From the IMG/VR virus record IMGVR_UViG_3300025759_000058: a stretch of DNA of 64,000 nucleotides; one strand, given 5' to 3'. The DNA comes from a virus. The notes under the pieces are model-generated. The model worked only from the letters and a program-made list of their open reading frames with translations, did not search any database and was not told the origin of the DNA. Below, piece after piece: positions 44,560 through 55,337 of this stretch (position 1 is its first letter; the number at the start of each line of letters is the position of its first letter). The translations under genes and the position numbers were made by a program.

Positions 44560-46896
44560 ATGGCTGATGATAAGAAAGATGAATTAAAGGTAAAGCTGCA
44601 AAAGCAGTGGAATGAACTACGTCGCATAGGCGTAGATACCGATGAAGAGTATGTAAAGAATCAAGAAGATATATTAACATTAACAGCGCAACAACTGCAA
44701 TATCAAATTAAACGAAATAATGAATTGCTAAAGTATAAGCGTGATGCAAAAGAATTAGTCGGTATTACGAAACAAATACGTGATAACGAATATGAGTTAA
44801 TAGATATAACAGCAAAACTGCAACGTGGTATAAAAGGTAATAGAGAAGAATTAGTAGGAATTGGAGATACTACGGCAGATTTAGTTAAAGCTCAACTTAA
44901 ATTATTAGCTCATCAAAAACGTACTGGAAAAATTACTGCACAACAATATGAAGACCGCGGTAGAGAATTATTAAAGTTACGGCAAATTGCTCAAGCACAG
45001 GAAACGATTGCTCGCCAAGGCGATGCTTTCGCAAATGTATATAGTCAGGCTTTAAACGAAGCCGAAAACATGGCATCCACAATTGAAGCTCAATTCTCTC
45101 AAATTCCAGGCGGCGGATTGTTATTTCAATATTTAGGCGGTGATAAACTTGCATTACAATTAAAAACGGCCGTGTCTGCCGGTTTTGGTAATATGGCTAA
45201 AGCCATGAAGGCTGGATTAGGCCCGTTGCAAGCCTTACGTGCCGGTATGGCAGCTTTTAATGCTACAGTGATGGCAAACCCCGTATTGCTTATCGTTGCT
45301 GCTATAGGTCTTGCATTAATAGCAATAAAAAAATTAGTAGATTTTGCAGCAGATTTTGAAAAAGAATCTCGTGAAACCGCAAAAAATATGGGTGTTACTG
45401 TAGCACAGGCGACACAGCTAAGAAAAGAGGCTATGGCTACATCAACTGAATTTGGTACACAGCTAGCTCGTACAGAAGATATAGTCGCAGTTCAGCAGGA
45501 ATCTGCAAAGGCATTTGGTACGACAGCTATGATGTCGGCTGATACTGCACGTAACATAGCCGATATAGGAAAGTCATTTGGTTATGGTGCTGAACAGGCC
45601 GCAAAGGTAAATACAGCATTTGAGACAATGGGTGCATCGTCAGATCAGGCAGTGACTATGCAACGAGAATTAGCAGCTGAATCTTTAAAGGCCGGCGTTA
45701 ATGTTGGAGCTGTTACTGCTGACATTGCTGAAAATGCAAAAAGTACAGCAAAATATTTTGGCGGCAATGTCAAGGCCATGGCAAAGGCCGCGGTTGAAGC
45801 AGCTAAAATGGGCGTGTCGTTATCGACAATGAGTAAAGTTGCAGATAAGCTTTTAGATATAGAAGGTTCATTAACAGCACAGTTTGAGTTCCAGGCATTG
45901 TCCGGACGACAGATGAATTTGGATAAAGCTCGTCAATTGGCATTAGAAGGTGACATTGCTGGCGCAACAAAAGAAGTTATGAGCAACGTTGGCGGCATTG
46001 CCGAATTTAATAAAATGTCAATGCTTGAACGTAAAAAGTTAGCAGAAGCGACAGGCATGGAAGTCGATGAGCTTCAAAAATCATTGACAATACAAGAAAA
46101 GTTAGGTGATCTTACGGATGAACAAAAAGCAGCCATGGCAGGTTTAAATTTATCCGCAGCAGAATTAAACGACTTATCAGCCGAAGAATTGCAAACAAAA
46201 TTAGCGCAACAGCAGGCTGCAGATAAATCGGCAAAAGCATTTGATGATTTAAAAACAGAATTGGCAAGTGCATTGTTACCGTTAGGCGAAGCGTTAATGC
46301 AAGTATTTTCATTGCTTTCTCCTATTGTTAAAATTTTAGGAAAAACATTAAAAATAGCATTTACTCCACTTAAAGCTATAACTAAAGCGATTTCAGGCAT
46401 TGTTGACGCATTCTACGGCGTATATGATGCTATTAGCATGATCTTTAGTGGAGATATCACCGGAGGCTTTAAAAAATTAGGTAAGACTATAATAACTAGT
46501 ATGTTAGCACCGTTGCAAATTGTATGGGATGTACTCTCCGGTGTTGCAAGTACATTCGGCTTTGATATAGGCGCTGATTTAGGCGGTATGGCTAGTAGTG
46601 CACTAGGACTAACGCCAGTAGGCGATTTATCAATGCCTTCCTCTGGCCCAATCGTTTCTTCACCTAGAGAAGGTGCAATATATCAAGGAACGGCAAATGA
46701 TGATGTTGCAATGGGGCCTGGTGTTGCAAATGGGTCCGGCGGCAATTCAGCTGTGGCATCTGCACTAGCAAAACAAAATGCATTATTGCAGCAAATTGCA
46801 TCTGCATTACAAAATCCTCCTCCGGTACAAATTGGACAAAAAGTTATATCAGAATTATCGTCAGTATTAGATGTAGAAAGATCATACAGGAATTAA
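44560..46896 (+). CDS. Tape measure protein
   Basis: 778 aa, Ala-rich helical, ANPVLLIVAAI segment, NLDKARQLALEGD; lies between chaperone and baseplate genes. Confidence 0.85.
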   Translation: MADDKKDELKVKLQKQWNELRRIGVDTDEEYVKNQEDILTLTAQQLQYQIKRNNELLKYKRDAKELVGITKQIRDNEYELIDITAKLQRGIKGNREELVGIGDTTADLVKAQLKLLAHQKRTGKITAQQYEDRGRELLKLRQIAQAQETIARQGDAFANVYSQALNEAENMASTIEAQFSQIPGGGLLFQYLGGDKLALQLKTAVSAGFGNMAKAMKAGLGPLQALRAGMAAFNATVMANPVLLIVAAIGLALIAIKKLVDFAADFEKESRETAKNMGVTVAQATQLRKEAMATSTEFGTQLARTEDIVAVQQESAKAFGTTAMMSADTARNIADIGKSFGYGAEQAAKVNTAFETMGASSDQAVTMQRELAAESLKAGVNVGAVTADIAENAKSTAKYFGGNVKAMAKAAVEAAKMGVSLSTMSKVADKLLDIEGSLTAQFEFQALSGRQMNLDKARQLALEGDIAGATKEVMSNVGGIAEFNKMSMLERKKLAEATGMEVDELQKSLTIQEKLGDLTDEQKAAMAGLNLSAAELNDLSAEELQTKLAQQQAADKSAKAFDDLKTELASALLPLGEALMQVFSLLSPIVKILGKTLKIAFTPLKAITKAISGIVDAFYGVYDAISMIFSGDITGGFKKLGKTIITSMLAPLQIVWDVLSGVASTFGFDIGADLGGMASSALGLTPVGDLSMPSSGPIVSSPREGAIYQGTANDDVAMGPGVANGSGGNSAVASALAKQNALLQQIASALQNPPPVQIGQKVISELSSVLDVERSYRN

Positions 46897-46899
46897 TAA

Positions 46900-48705
46900 A
46901 TGCCTTTATCAGATTTAAAATCAGCATATTCTTTTTACGAAAAAGTTCCGCCTGGCTTTAAGCCTAACACATCCGTTGAACAGACTGATTTTAAACTTAA
47001 TGCTAACGGTACAATTTCTACTAATGCAAATGGATATTCTAATAAAGGGTCTGCCGTTTCTTATAATCAAATAACAACTAAAGATTCATTTACAATTGCA
47101 GGCCAAGGCAATGCATCTAGAATAAATCAATTAGGCTCAGGTACAAAGTTTCCTATAGGACCGAAAGGTCAGACGCATACATTCGATATTACACGCACTG
47201 GGTTTAATACATCAAATAGATACGAAGATGTATATAATAATTTATCATTGGCAGGATTAGCAGACACATATACAGCTAATTCCCCAATTGATGATATGTA
47301 CAATCGTTTTAATGTACGTGAAGATGCATTTAACTTAATGCCATATGCTAAAGAGCCTTATATATTGAGAGGTATACAAAGAGATGGTTCATCTGATCCA
47401 CAAAGGTATTCTATTTCAGGCATGCCAAGCGCAGAAATTCCACGCGGAGGTGTTATAACGTCTGTACAACGTATTGCATTAGATGCTGTACGTATTGGTA
47501 AATTTTTAATAAAACCGTCTGGCTTATTGTTTTTAGGTAAACAGTCATTATTAGGACTACAAAACCCTGATCAGGAAACGAGGCTCGGCGCTAATAAACC
47601 AATATTAACTAAGTTGGCATATAATCCTGCTTCGTTATTATCTCAAAGCTTTATACGTATTCCTAGACTTTTCAATGTACAAGGAGTACAAATTCGTTAT
47701 AGTGATAATGTCGGCGCGCGTAACGACGAAGAATCAACAAAATTTAATCGTTTAGCAAAAGGTGATTCTAATTTTAAACTTACAACCGAGTTCAATACAG
47801 CACCCGAATCTTACGTAGCGCAACGTACAATAGATGATATAGATGTAAATCTAAAAACTCAGATCAATGATGAATCATTTGAATCAAAGATATTTAAACC
47901 AGCCCCCGGCCTAGGCAAAGACCTTCCAAATGGTTATGGTACCGGCACTTCAAAAATTGACCGGTATCGTTCTATTACATCTTATTCTGTAACGCGTGAT
48001 CGTGCTAAAACACGTAGTAATTCTAAAGTAGATATAGATTTTTTGACGGGCGAACGGTTTACTGATGTGCAACAAGAATATAACAAAAACGTTCACTCCG
48101 GCGAATTAGTTGAACTAAAAATTGGCAGTACAAAATTTAAAGCATATATCAGTTCTTTATCGGACGGTGTTGAAGCCAATTGGTCCGGCGAACAAGATCA
48201 AGGTCGGGCAGATCAACGATATATGTATACTGGGTACCAGCGTGATATATCACTAGGTTTTATGGTTGCTGTGGAAAAATCGACTGAAATAAATTCTTTA
48301 TGGAATAAGTTAAGTGCGTTGGCCCGAAAAGCTTACCCAACGTATAATACGTCGGTAGGTTATTATGCTAATCGCACTTCTTTAACATTGGGCGGCTTAT
48401 ACAAAGGCATGCCAGTTATTTTAACAAGTATATCATATGATTGGGATACAGAGACGCCATGGGCATTGCCGGCATCTACAACGGAATATCCATACAATAT
48501 GCGGTCCATTACGAGTACAGAAACCACTGTCGGTAATAGTAAGCCGTTATATACAAATGTACAGTGCGAGTTTATTTATATCGGATCTGGGTTAACTGAT
48601 TCTAGTACGCCATTTTTTGCTACAAACTCATCTGATATAGTATTTACAGATCAGCCGATATCTGTAGAAGATCAAGATGATTTTGAAGGTCAAGGAGTTG
48701 CATGA
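46900..48705 (+). CDS. Baseplate/tail tube initiator-like protein
   Basis: C-terminal FKAYISSLSD...W....GRAD..Y.Y.GY.R.I.LGF tube-like domain. Confidence 0.65.
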   Translation: MPLSDLKSAYSFYEKVPPGFKPNTSVEQTDFKLNANGTISTNANGYSNKGSAVSYNQITTKDSFTIAGQGNASRINQLGSGTKFPIGPKGQTHTFDITRTGFNTSNRYEDVYNNLSLAGLADTYTANSPIDDMYNRFNVREDAFNLMPYAKEPYILRGIQRDGSSDPQRYSISGMPSAEIPRGGVITSVQRIALDAVRIGKFLIKPSGLLFLGKQSLLGLQNPDQETRLGANKPILTKLAYNPASLLSQSFIRIPRLFNVQGVQIRYSDNVGARNDEESTKFNRLAKGDSNFKLTTEFNTAPESYVAQRTIDDIDVNLKTQINDESFESKIFKPAPGLGKDLPNGYGTGTSKIDRYRSITSYSVTRDRAKTRSNSKVDIDFLTGERFTDVQQEYNKNVHSGELVELKIGSTKFKAYISSLSDGVEANWSGEQDQGRADQRYMYTGYQRDISLGFMVAVEKSTEINSLWNKLSALARKAYPTYNTSVGYYANRTSLTLGGLYKGMPVILTSISYDWDTETPWALPASTTEYPYNMRSITSTETTVGNSKPLYTNVQCEFIYIGSGLTDSSTPFFATNSSDIVFTDQPISVEDQDDFEGQGVA

Positions 48706-48995
48706 TAAATAGATATAAACATACAACGACAGAAAACAAAAGATACAAAACTGCACGATATAAAATTCCTAATCCGTCTAGTGAAGATGTATATATTTTT
48801 TCTAGATCTGGCGATCGATTAGATTTGATAGCTCAAGAATTTTATAAAGATGCTAGGTTATGGTGGATTATAGCAGAAGCTAATAATTTAGGAAAAGGGA
48901 CATTTGCCGTACCAACAGGTTTACAGATTCGTATTCCTAAATATGATCAACGACAATTCGAAGACTTATCTGATGCTGCAAATAAAGAGAGATAA
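48702..48995 (+). CDS. LysM-like baseplate wedge protein (gp53-like)
   Basis: GDRLDLIAQEFYKDARLWWIIAEAN...GLQIRIP. Confidence 0.85.
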   Translation: MINRYKHTTTENKRYKTARYKIPNPSSEDVYIFSRSGDRLDLIAQEFYKDARLWWIIAEANNLGKGTFAVPTGLQIRIPKYDQRQFEDLSDAANKER

Positions 48996-48997
48996 CG

Positions 48998-50854
48998 ATG
49001 GGGTTATTTTATAGAAGTGTCGACCAATCTGTTAAAGACTCGATTGAAAATTTTAAATCTTTGGGTCGTATTAGGCCAACTGCATATGCTAAAGTTACTG
49101 GCAAAGGTTATAATGGAAATGGCCCAAATGTGACGTTGCCATATAAAAATACTGTATATGAAGACTTTCGGCCAAAACCGTCATTACAAGGTATAGAAAT
49201 ATCACTCGAAGGGGATGCCGGTTCTCTCCGTCGGTCATCGGCAAAATTTAAGTGTTATACCTTAGCTCAGTTCGATGAATTGCATGAAGCAATGTTAAAG
49301 CCGGGTTGCCATGTTACATTAGAATGTGGATATGCATCACCAAATCCACCGGTAGATCCTTTAACTGTTGATGCCGTCGTTTATGATTTTAGTTTTAAAA
49401 TTAATCGTGATAATTCAGTTGACTGCGAGTTTAAAGCGGTCGGTCAAGGTACGCCGATGGAAAGTACATCTTTATCCGGCGGCACATCGACTTTTGCAGC
49501 TAGTAAACAAAATTTGCAATTTGTTACTAATTATGCTTTGTTTAACGAATCAAAACCTGTACAGAGTATTATCGATTATGCAGATTATGTATGCCAAAAT
49601 GCATTAGCTCCAGGCGCTAGCGGATTTTCGCCTGCCCATGGATCGGGGTTTCAATCCGAAGGTATGGAAGCAGGATTTTCAATAGTATTGCCTGATGGGT
49701 ATAAGTATCCGAGCTCGGTTATTAATACTGGCACGTTTAATGAGCAACGTACGAATTATTTTACTTTTGGATTTTTAATTGAAGTAATAAACAAGTGGTG
49801 TGAAAATGCTACAAAGAAAACAGTAATAGAGTTTAATACAGAATCACCAATTACTTCGTTATCAAACGATTCTGGGACTATTAAGTTAAAAAGTATAGAC
49901 CCAATGAGTGTAGTATGGTTACATCCTAAAGGTAGTGCAATAGGAAATGCGCAAGTCAGCGATAATAACTACGGCGGCATGGATACGGCGCCAACATCGG
50001 TATTGCGGTTTGATGATGTAACAAACATTGCCGGCTTGCAGATTGCATCTGGTTTTGAAAATATTTTATTTTGTCGAGAATTTTTACGTGAAATTGAATC
50101 AGAATCCTCTAAGACAGTAGAAAAAAATCAACCGCCGCAGCTATTAGTACGAGATTTTATTGAAAAATTATTAGCACGTATAAAATCAGCATCATGTGGC
50201 ATTTACGATTTATCACTAGTAGCTGACCCAGATGCGGAGAATAATCCTGCTATCGGCAAGTTATTGATTGTAAATAAGCGAGAAGTATCTGCAGATACAG
50301 TAACTCCATTAGTGTTTGATGTACTACAAGCCGGCGGCGACGGCATTACTAGAGACTTATCACTTACCGGTAAAGTTCCCAAAGACATTCAGTCAGATGC
50401 ATTTACAAAAGGAACTGGTACTACAATTGAATCTAATGATGCAAATGCTTTAGCGGCAATCGATGAACAAACTGTAGAATCGCCACCAGCACCTAACTTA
50501 TCAGCTGCACTATTAGCTGCAGATAAAAAGGCATATACTGATGATTTTAACCCTGAGGCATTTAGTGGATATAAAGAGTTATATGGTCAATTTATAGCAT
50601 CACAAGATGCTAGCAAACAAGTTAAGACTAATAAGATTGCAGCAATATATCCATTGGAGATGAATATTACATTAAATGGTATAAAAGGCTTTAAATTTGG
50701 CGATTTAGTGACAGCAAAAAATTTACCAGCGATATATCGTAACGCCGCCGGCGGATTGCGATTAGCATTTACTGTAACGCGGATAACACATACAGTTGAT
50801 AATAATGACTGGAAAACATCACTAACAACAACATGTAGATTACAGCCGGAGTAA
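48998..50854 (+). CDS. Baseplate hub protein (gp27/VgrG-hub-like)
   Basis: ITLNGIKGFKFGD...LP..Y....F.VT.ITH.V....W.T.L C-terminal hub motif. Confidence 0.7.
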   Translation: MGLFYRSVDQSVKDSIENFKSLGRIRPTAYAKVTGKGYNGNGPNVTLPYKNTVYEDFRPKPSLQGIEISLEGDAGSLRRSSAKFKCYTLAQFDELHEAMLKPGCHVTLECGYASPNPPVDPLTVDAVVYDFSFKINRDNSVDCEFKAVGQGTPMESTSLSGGTSTFAASKQNLQFVTNYALFNESKPVQSIIDYADYVCQNALAPGASGFSPAHGSGFQSEGMEAGFSIVLPDGYKYPSSVINTGTFNEQRTNYFTFGFLIEVINKWCENATKKTVIEFNTESPITSLSNDSGTIKLKSIDPMSVVWLHPKGSAIGNAQVSDNNYGGMDTAPTSVLRFDDVTNIAGLQIASGFENILFCREFLREIESESSKTVEKNQPPQLLVRDFIEKLLARIKSASCGIYDLSLVADPDAENNPAIGKLLIVNKREVSADTVTPLVFDVLQAGGDGITRDLSLTGKVPKDIQSDAFTKGTGTTIESNDANALAAIDEQTVESPPAPNLSAALLAADKKAYTDDFNPEAFSGYKELYGQFIASQDASKQVKTNKIAAIYPLEMNITLNGIKGFKFGDLVTAKNLPAIYRNAAGGLRLAFTVTRITHTVDNNDWKTSLTTTCRLQPE

Positions 50855-50855
50855 C

Positions 50856-51416
50856 ATGCAACGTCCAATATATTCACCATCAAATAAACTACGTCAAAGT
50901 TATACTCAAGGAAAAGAATATGCTACAGCTGACGATCGTTTAGAATATATAGGGCCATATCATGTGTACCCGAACGGTGCTGTATACACAGGAAGTAAGC
51001 CTTCAAAGTTTGATAAAGAACTAATTAAATATACAACCGTATTTAATGACGAAAACACATCTAGATATGCTCAAATAACAGGCCGTCAATATAATAATCA
51101 TACTGCACCAAAATACTTTTATCCAAAACCGACAGATAAAGATTATCAGGCAGGGTTTATTGAAAGATATTTTATACAGAAAAGAAATGACCGTAGCCTA
51201 ATATATGAGGTTTCGCTTAATGATTTTCGTAATATCAATTCTCAAAATAAACAAGGTATTAATAGCCAGTTATATTCAGAGTTGCGATTGAAATGGCTTC
51301 TAGTTGGTTCACTTGATAATGTATTTGCTACAAATAAACGTGTTGTGACGGCAAATGAACAGCGTATGCCAGGTATAACTAGATACCTTTCTGATTTTAC
51401 AGAATTTTCTAAATAA
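50856..51416 (+). CDS. Conserved baseplate-region protein
   Basis: YT.GKEY......Y.G.YH, P.PT..DY..GFI.RYF pattern. Confidence 0.5.
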   Translation: MQRPIYSPSNKLRQSYTQGKEYATADDRLEYIGPYHVYPNGAVYTGSKPSKFDKELIKYTTVFNDENTSRYAQITGRQYNNHTAPKYFYPKPTDKDYQAGFIERYFIQKRNDRSLIYEVSLNDFRNINSQNKQGINSQLYSELRLKWLLVGSLDNVFATNKRVVTANEQRMPGITRYLSDFTEFSK

Positions 51417-51448
51417 TTTGTCAACATGAAAATTATCTCTTATATTTA
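51417..51448 (+). promoter_or_regulatory. Bacteroidota-type promoter, near-leaderless
   Basis: TTTG-N20-TATATTTA with ATG 4 nt downstream. Confidence 0.7.
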
Positions 51449-51452
51449 AGAG

Positions 51453-52790
51453 ATGATAGTTGAGACTAACGAAGAGTTTCAGATTGTAAAAGATGCAGTA
51501 GCATCCGGCGATTCATTTTGGATACCGATGTACTCGGATGTCTTTCGTCATTATATGCATAATGATATTAGCTTTCTATACATATATTCAATATCGGAAG
51601 ACAGAGATTTTATTATATCTTTCCGTCATATGGACTGCATTAGCCATCAAAGAGAACGTATACACGAACTAGTAAGTGACCATGATATCTTTGTATTAGC
51701 TAAAAAGCGATTCTGTTATTTCTATCCGCATTCGTGTATAGATGCCGATATGATTGCATGGTGGCAGACGCATAAGATGTTACCACTAGATAATACAAAT
51801 ACGGCTGCTCATGAGGCATGGAATCGATGGTGGTATAACGAAACGAATACAAATGATTGGCTACCTATTACTCGTCATATTGAAAGATGCATATCAATGC
51901 GCAGTAAGTTTATGGATTCGTATCAAACGTTTACAAAAACACCGGCCTTTGATCAATATGAACATTTAACTGTGGATAACTTTTATGCAATTGAGACATC
52001 AGGCATAACGGTTAACAGAATGATATTTGAAGAAAAATTAAAATTAGATGCTTTGCAAGGACATAGAGCATTTACGGAATACAATTTATATACAGTCACC
52101 GGACGTCCTTCGAATAAGTTTGGTGGCGTTAACTATGCCGCATTAAACAAAGAAGACGGCAGCCGATCAGCATTCATAAGTAGATTCCGCCGCGGCATTT
52201 TGTTGGAAATGGACTTTGATGCATATCACGTTCGTTTAATTGCGGACATGATCGATTACCAGTTACCAAATGGGTCAGTTCACGAATACTTTGGTAAACA
52301 GTATTTTGGTAAAGAGCAGTTATCCGAGCAGGAATATGAAGAAAGTAAACAAATTACATTTCGTCTATTGTACGGAGGTATTGATGATGATTTTGCAAAG
52401 ATTCCATTTTTTGGTAAGGTACGGACGTTTATAGGAAATACATGGTCTGAATTTAAAAAGTCTGGTGTCATATATACACCGACATTAAAGCGACCCATGT
52501 ACAAAGATAAGTTACCAGATATGAATCCAAATAAGTTGTTTAACTATATTCTACAAGCAACTGAGACGGAACGCAATATTCAAGTGATATCAAATGTAAT
52601 AGAATACTTGCAAGACTTTAAAAGTTTATTAGTTTTATATACGTATGACTCATTGTTATTTGATTTTGACCTTAATGACGGCGGTAATGTCGTTACCGAT
52701 TTAATCGATATAATTTCGGAAGAAGGGAAGTTCCCAGTTAAAATCAAGGCCGGCACTAATTATAATTCGATGAGGACGATGAATCGTTAA
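51453..52790 (+). CDS. Short, atypical family A DNA polymerase-like protein
   Basis: TGRPS, motif A EMDFDAYHVRL, motif B SKQITFRLLYG, NYILQ, motif C YTYDSLLFD. Confidence 0.8.
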   Translation: MIVETNEEFQIVKDAVASGDSFWIPMYSDVFRHYMHNDISFLYIYSISEDRDFIISFRHMDCISHQRERIHELVSDHDIFVLAKKRFCYFYPHSCIDADMIAWWQTHKMLPLDNTNTAAHEAWNRWWYNETNTNDWLPITRHIERCISMRSKFMDSYQTFTKTPAFDQYEHLTVDNFYAIETSGITVNRMIFEEKLKLDALQGHRAFTEYNLYTVTGRPSNKFGGVNYAALNKEDGSRSAFISRFRRGILLEMDFDAYHVRLIADMIDYQLPNGSVHEYFGKQYFGKEQLSEQEYEESKQITFRLLYGGIDDDFAKIPFFGKVRTFIGNTWSEFKKSGVIYTPTLKRPMYKDKLPDMNPNKLFNYILQATETERNIQVISNVIEYLQDFKSLLVLYTYDSLLFDFDLNDGGNVVTDLIDIISEEGKFPVKIKAGTNYNSMRTMNR

Positions 52791-52832
52791 TCGAGCCAAT
52801 ATTTATATAAAACTAAAAAACTATTATTACGC

Positions 52833-54005
52833 ATGGATACGGAAAAAATTATAAAAGAATGGTTTTATCGACTACCAAAAGGTTATGCCGAAGCTCCATA
52901 CAGTACTCATGAGTTAAATGTATTAGACGAGGTGATGTCAGAGTTTGGCGTGCCGGCTACAAATGTGGATATGATTATAGAAGCATCGGGCGATAAAGCA
53001 GATATAAAAGATTTAATTGCTAACACTGAATTTACTGATGAAGAGTTAGATGAGCTAAAGTCATTTATAGTATCAATTGGATACCGTAAAACGCTTGTTC
53101 CTTATTTAACATCGAAAGGAATGGTACCAAGTGCGTATCAATTAGGAAATAGAGCAGTTAAAGTAATATTCAATCGTATAGCGCAATTACCGAATGTGGT
53201 AGATGTACTTAAATATTTTGAATCGCCTCCTAACTTGACAATAAGTTCAACGCCGTTTAAAGGAAATATCGTTGACCAATCTGGATTGTCAGCTGAAACA
53301 ATAAGTGAATTGATGCAGATACAACCAGGCGCCGACTCTGGCGGCAATTCTACCGGTCCTGCAGAGATTGCATTGGCATTGCTGTTTGCTAATGTTACAA
53401 ACAAACAAGGCGGCGGCGATTTAGAAGTCGACGGACGTACATTAGAGGTAAAAGGAAAAGAGGCAAGACTAGGTTCACAGGCACGTGGTAAGAAATCATT
53501 AGAATCGTCATTTATTGGTTATTTGTTATATCTGATTAATCAAAATGGCAAAATTTCTGATGAGGATTATGATCAATTTATGGACGATACTGATCATACA
53601 AATATAGCAATTGCTATACGAGATTTTTATGAATTATTATCGAATGCCGGCAGCGATGAATCTTTTATTGTAGAAAATATACAAAAAGGCATCGCCGGTA
53701 TTTTCTTTGAAAATAAAAGCGTGACTACAAAGTACATTAATTCTAATACAGATTTTACCGATGCAAATAAAATTATGAAGCAAATGGTAAAGATTAACTT
53801 AGAAGCATATATGGAAAAAATTAAAGTAGATAGTATTTTATTCCATTTATATCGTCCTAATAAACAAAACTTTGACTTTGTTATTATCGATAAGGTAGAT
53901 ATTGAGACAGCTGTAGAAGATGGGACTATACGGTTGGGGTCAAAAAAGAAAGAAGGGAGTTTCTTTTGGCATGATACCAATCCAGGCGTGGTATTAAGTT
54001 TATGA
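52833..54005 (+). CDS. Putative PD-(D/E)xK nuclease-fold protein with leader
   Basis: GPAEIALAL...GDLEVDGRTLEVKG (E..D..ExK); late motif at 52799. Confidence 0.5.
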   Translation: MDTEKIIKEWFYRLPKGYAEAPYSTHELNVLDEVMSEFGVPATNVDMIIEASGDKADIKDLIANTEFTDEELDELKSFIVSIGYRKTLVPYLTSKGMVPSAYQLGNRAVKVIFNRIAQLPNVVDVLKYFESPPNLTISSTPFKGNIVDQSGLSAETISELMQIQPGADSGGNSTGPAEIALALLFANVTNKQGGGDLEVDGRTLEVKGKEARLGSQARGKKSLESSFIGYLLYLINQNGKISDEDYDQFMDDTDHTNIAIAIRDFYELLSNAGSDESFIVENIQKGIAGIFFENKSVTTKYINSNTDFTDANKIMKQMVKINLEAYMEKIKVDSILFHLYRPNKQNFDFVIIDKVDIETAVEDGTIRLGSKKKEGSFFWHDTNPGVVLSL

Positions 54006-54403
54006 GGAGAGGTGTAGTGAAGACACAACTATTATGTACATTTGCACATAGAAAAGATTTAGACTTGATAGTCGATTACGTTTCATCTGCTTATACAATT
54101 ACAGAACGGCGTATGTTTGTATTCTGCAATGATGATAGACAAGATGACTTATACGTAACGTATAACGTCGAGCCTGATGATTATCGCAAAACACCGAATA
54201 CAATTATGATTCACCGCAAAAAGGAAACAAATACATTGTATACGGTAAATGCACTAAATACCGTTATTCGGTTTGAAAATGACGGCGTTTTAGATAAACG
54301 TTTTCAAATTAATTGGAATCGTTATCGTAATTCGTTAATTTTAAGTGATGATGGTGAATTACGTCATATTTATTTAAAAATGGTTAAAAAAATATCGCTA
54401 TGA
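54002..54403 (+). CDS. Conserved hypothetical phage protein
   Basis: LLCTF, TYNV, HRKKETNTLYTVNALN motifs; function unknown. Confidence 0.55.
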   Translation: MRRGVVKTQLLCTFAHRKDLDLIVDYVSSAYTITERRMFVFCNDDRQDDLYVTYNVEPDDYRKTPNTIMIHRKKETNTLYTVNALNTVIRFENDGVLDKRFQINWNRYRNSLILSDDGELRHIYLKMVKKISL

Positions 54404-54831
54404 ATTTAAAAGCAGAATACAAAAGATTATTTGAAGGCAGGCAAAGAAGTAATGATATGCAACTTCTTAGAGAAGCGGTTGAGTTAATGCCAGTTCAATT
54501 CAAAAACAAATCAATTGAATCTATATATGGCAAGGATGATTATCGTGTAGGCTTTCAAGGAAATAAATTATTCGTTTCAGATAAACGTTATTCTAAAGGC
54601 AAGCCTATCCATGTTGCAAAGATTGAATGGTCATATATAGAAGGATCTAATCGATTATATGGCATATATTTGTATGAACCCAACAAGACTCAGTGGACAA
54701 TAAAACTTTCCGGTTTCCGGGCTGATGACGTATGGGATGATATAGCAACTACTGTAGGGTTTAAAAATGGCCGAGATGCTTATTCAAAAGCTAATATAAA
54801 AACAACTAGTTCAGATATGGATGTGTCATGA
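54400..54831 (+). CDS. Putative head-internal protein
   Basis: Leader YKRLFE..LLRE; late motif at 54366. Confidence 0.45.
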   Translation: MNLKAEYKRLFEGRQRSNDMQLLREAVELMPVQFKNKSIESIYGKDDYRVGFQGNKLFVSDKRYSKGKPIHVAKIEWSYIEGSNRLYGIYLYEPNKTQWTIKLSGFRADDVWDDIATTVGFKNGRDAYSKANIKTTSSDMDVS

Positions 54832-55244
54832 TACGAATGAAAGATTTACTTAAAGAAGCGGATGCCAAAGCTGCTGATTCATTTGGAACATTTTTTGTAA
54901 AGATGTTAGCAGTACGTGATCAAGCGCATGTATATCATTGGCAAACGGAGTCGTTTGCGCAACATAAAGCCTTTGGTAAATTTTATGAAGAGTATCTAGG
55001 GTTAGTAGATGAAATTGCAGAAAATATTATGGGTGTTAAAGAAAGACCAAAAATTGGTAAGGCGACGATTATGTTGGAAGACTATTCTGATGAAGCCATC
55101 AAATCATATTTGGAAAATGCTAGAAAGCTATTTACAGATGAGTTACGGTCCATTGTCGATGAACAGTATAGCGGTATATTTAATTTGGCGGATGAAATCA
55201 CGTCGCTAATTAATAAAATGCAGTACTTAATAACATTAAAATAA
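54828..55244 (+). CDS. Dps/ferritin-like four-helix protein with leader
   Basis: MIRMKDLLKE leader; HVYHWQT..FAQHKAF..FYE....D..AE ferroxidase-like residues; ends KMQYLITLK. Confidence 0.7.
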   Translation: MIRMKDLLKEADAKAADSFGTFFVKMLAVRDQAHVYHWQTESFAQHKAFGKFYEEYLGLVDEIAENIMGVKERPKIGKATIMLEDYSDEAIKSYLENARKLFTDELRSIVDEQYSGIFNLADEITSLINKMQYLITLK

Positions 55245-55271
55245 CAACTGAAAACTTTTTTTACTTTTCTC

Positions 55272-55302
55272 TTTGACGAAAGAGAGATATTACTTATATT
55301 TA
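55272..55302 (+). promoter_or_regulatory. Bacteroidota-type promoter
   Basis: TTTG-N19-TATATTTA upstream of the SSB gene. Confidence 0.7.
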
Positions 55303-55337
55303 AGAATTATTAATTAACCACTTAAAAGGATAAACAA

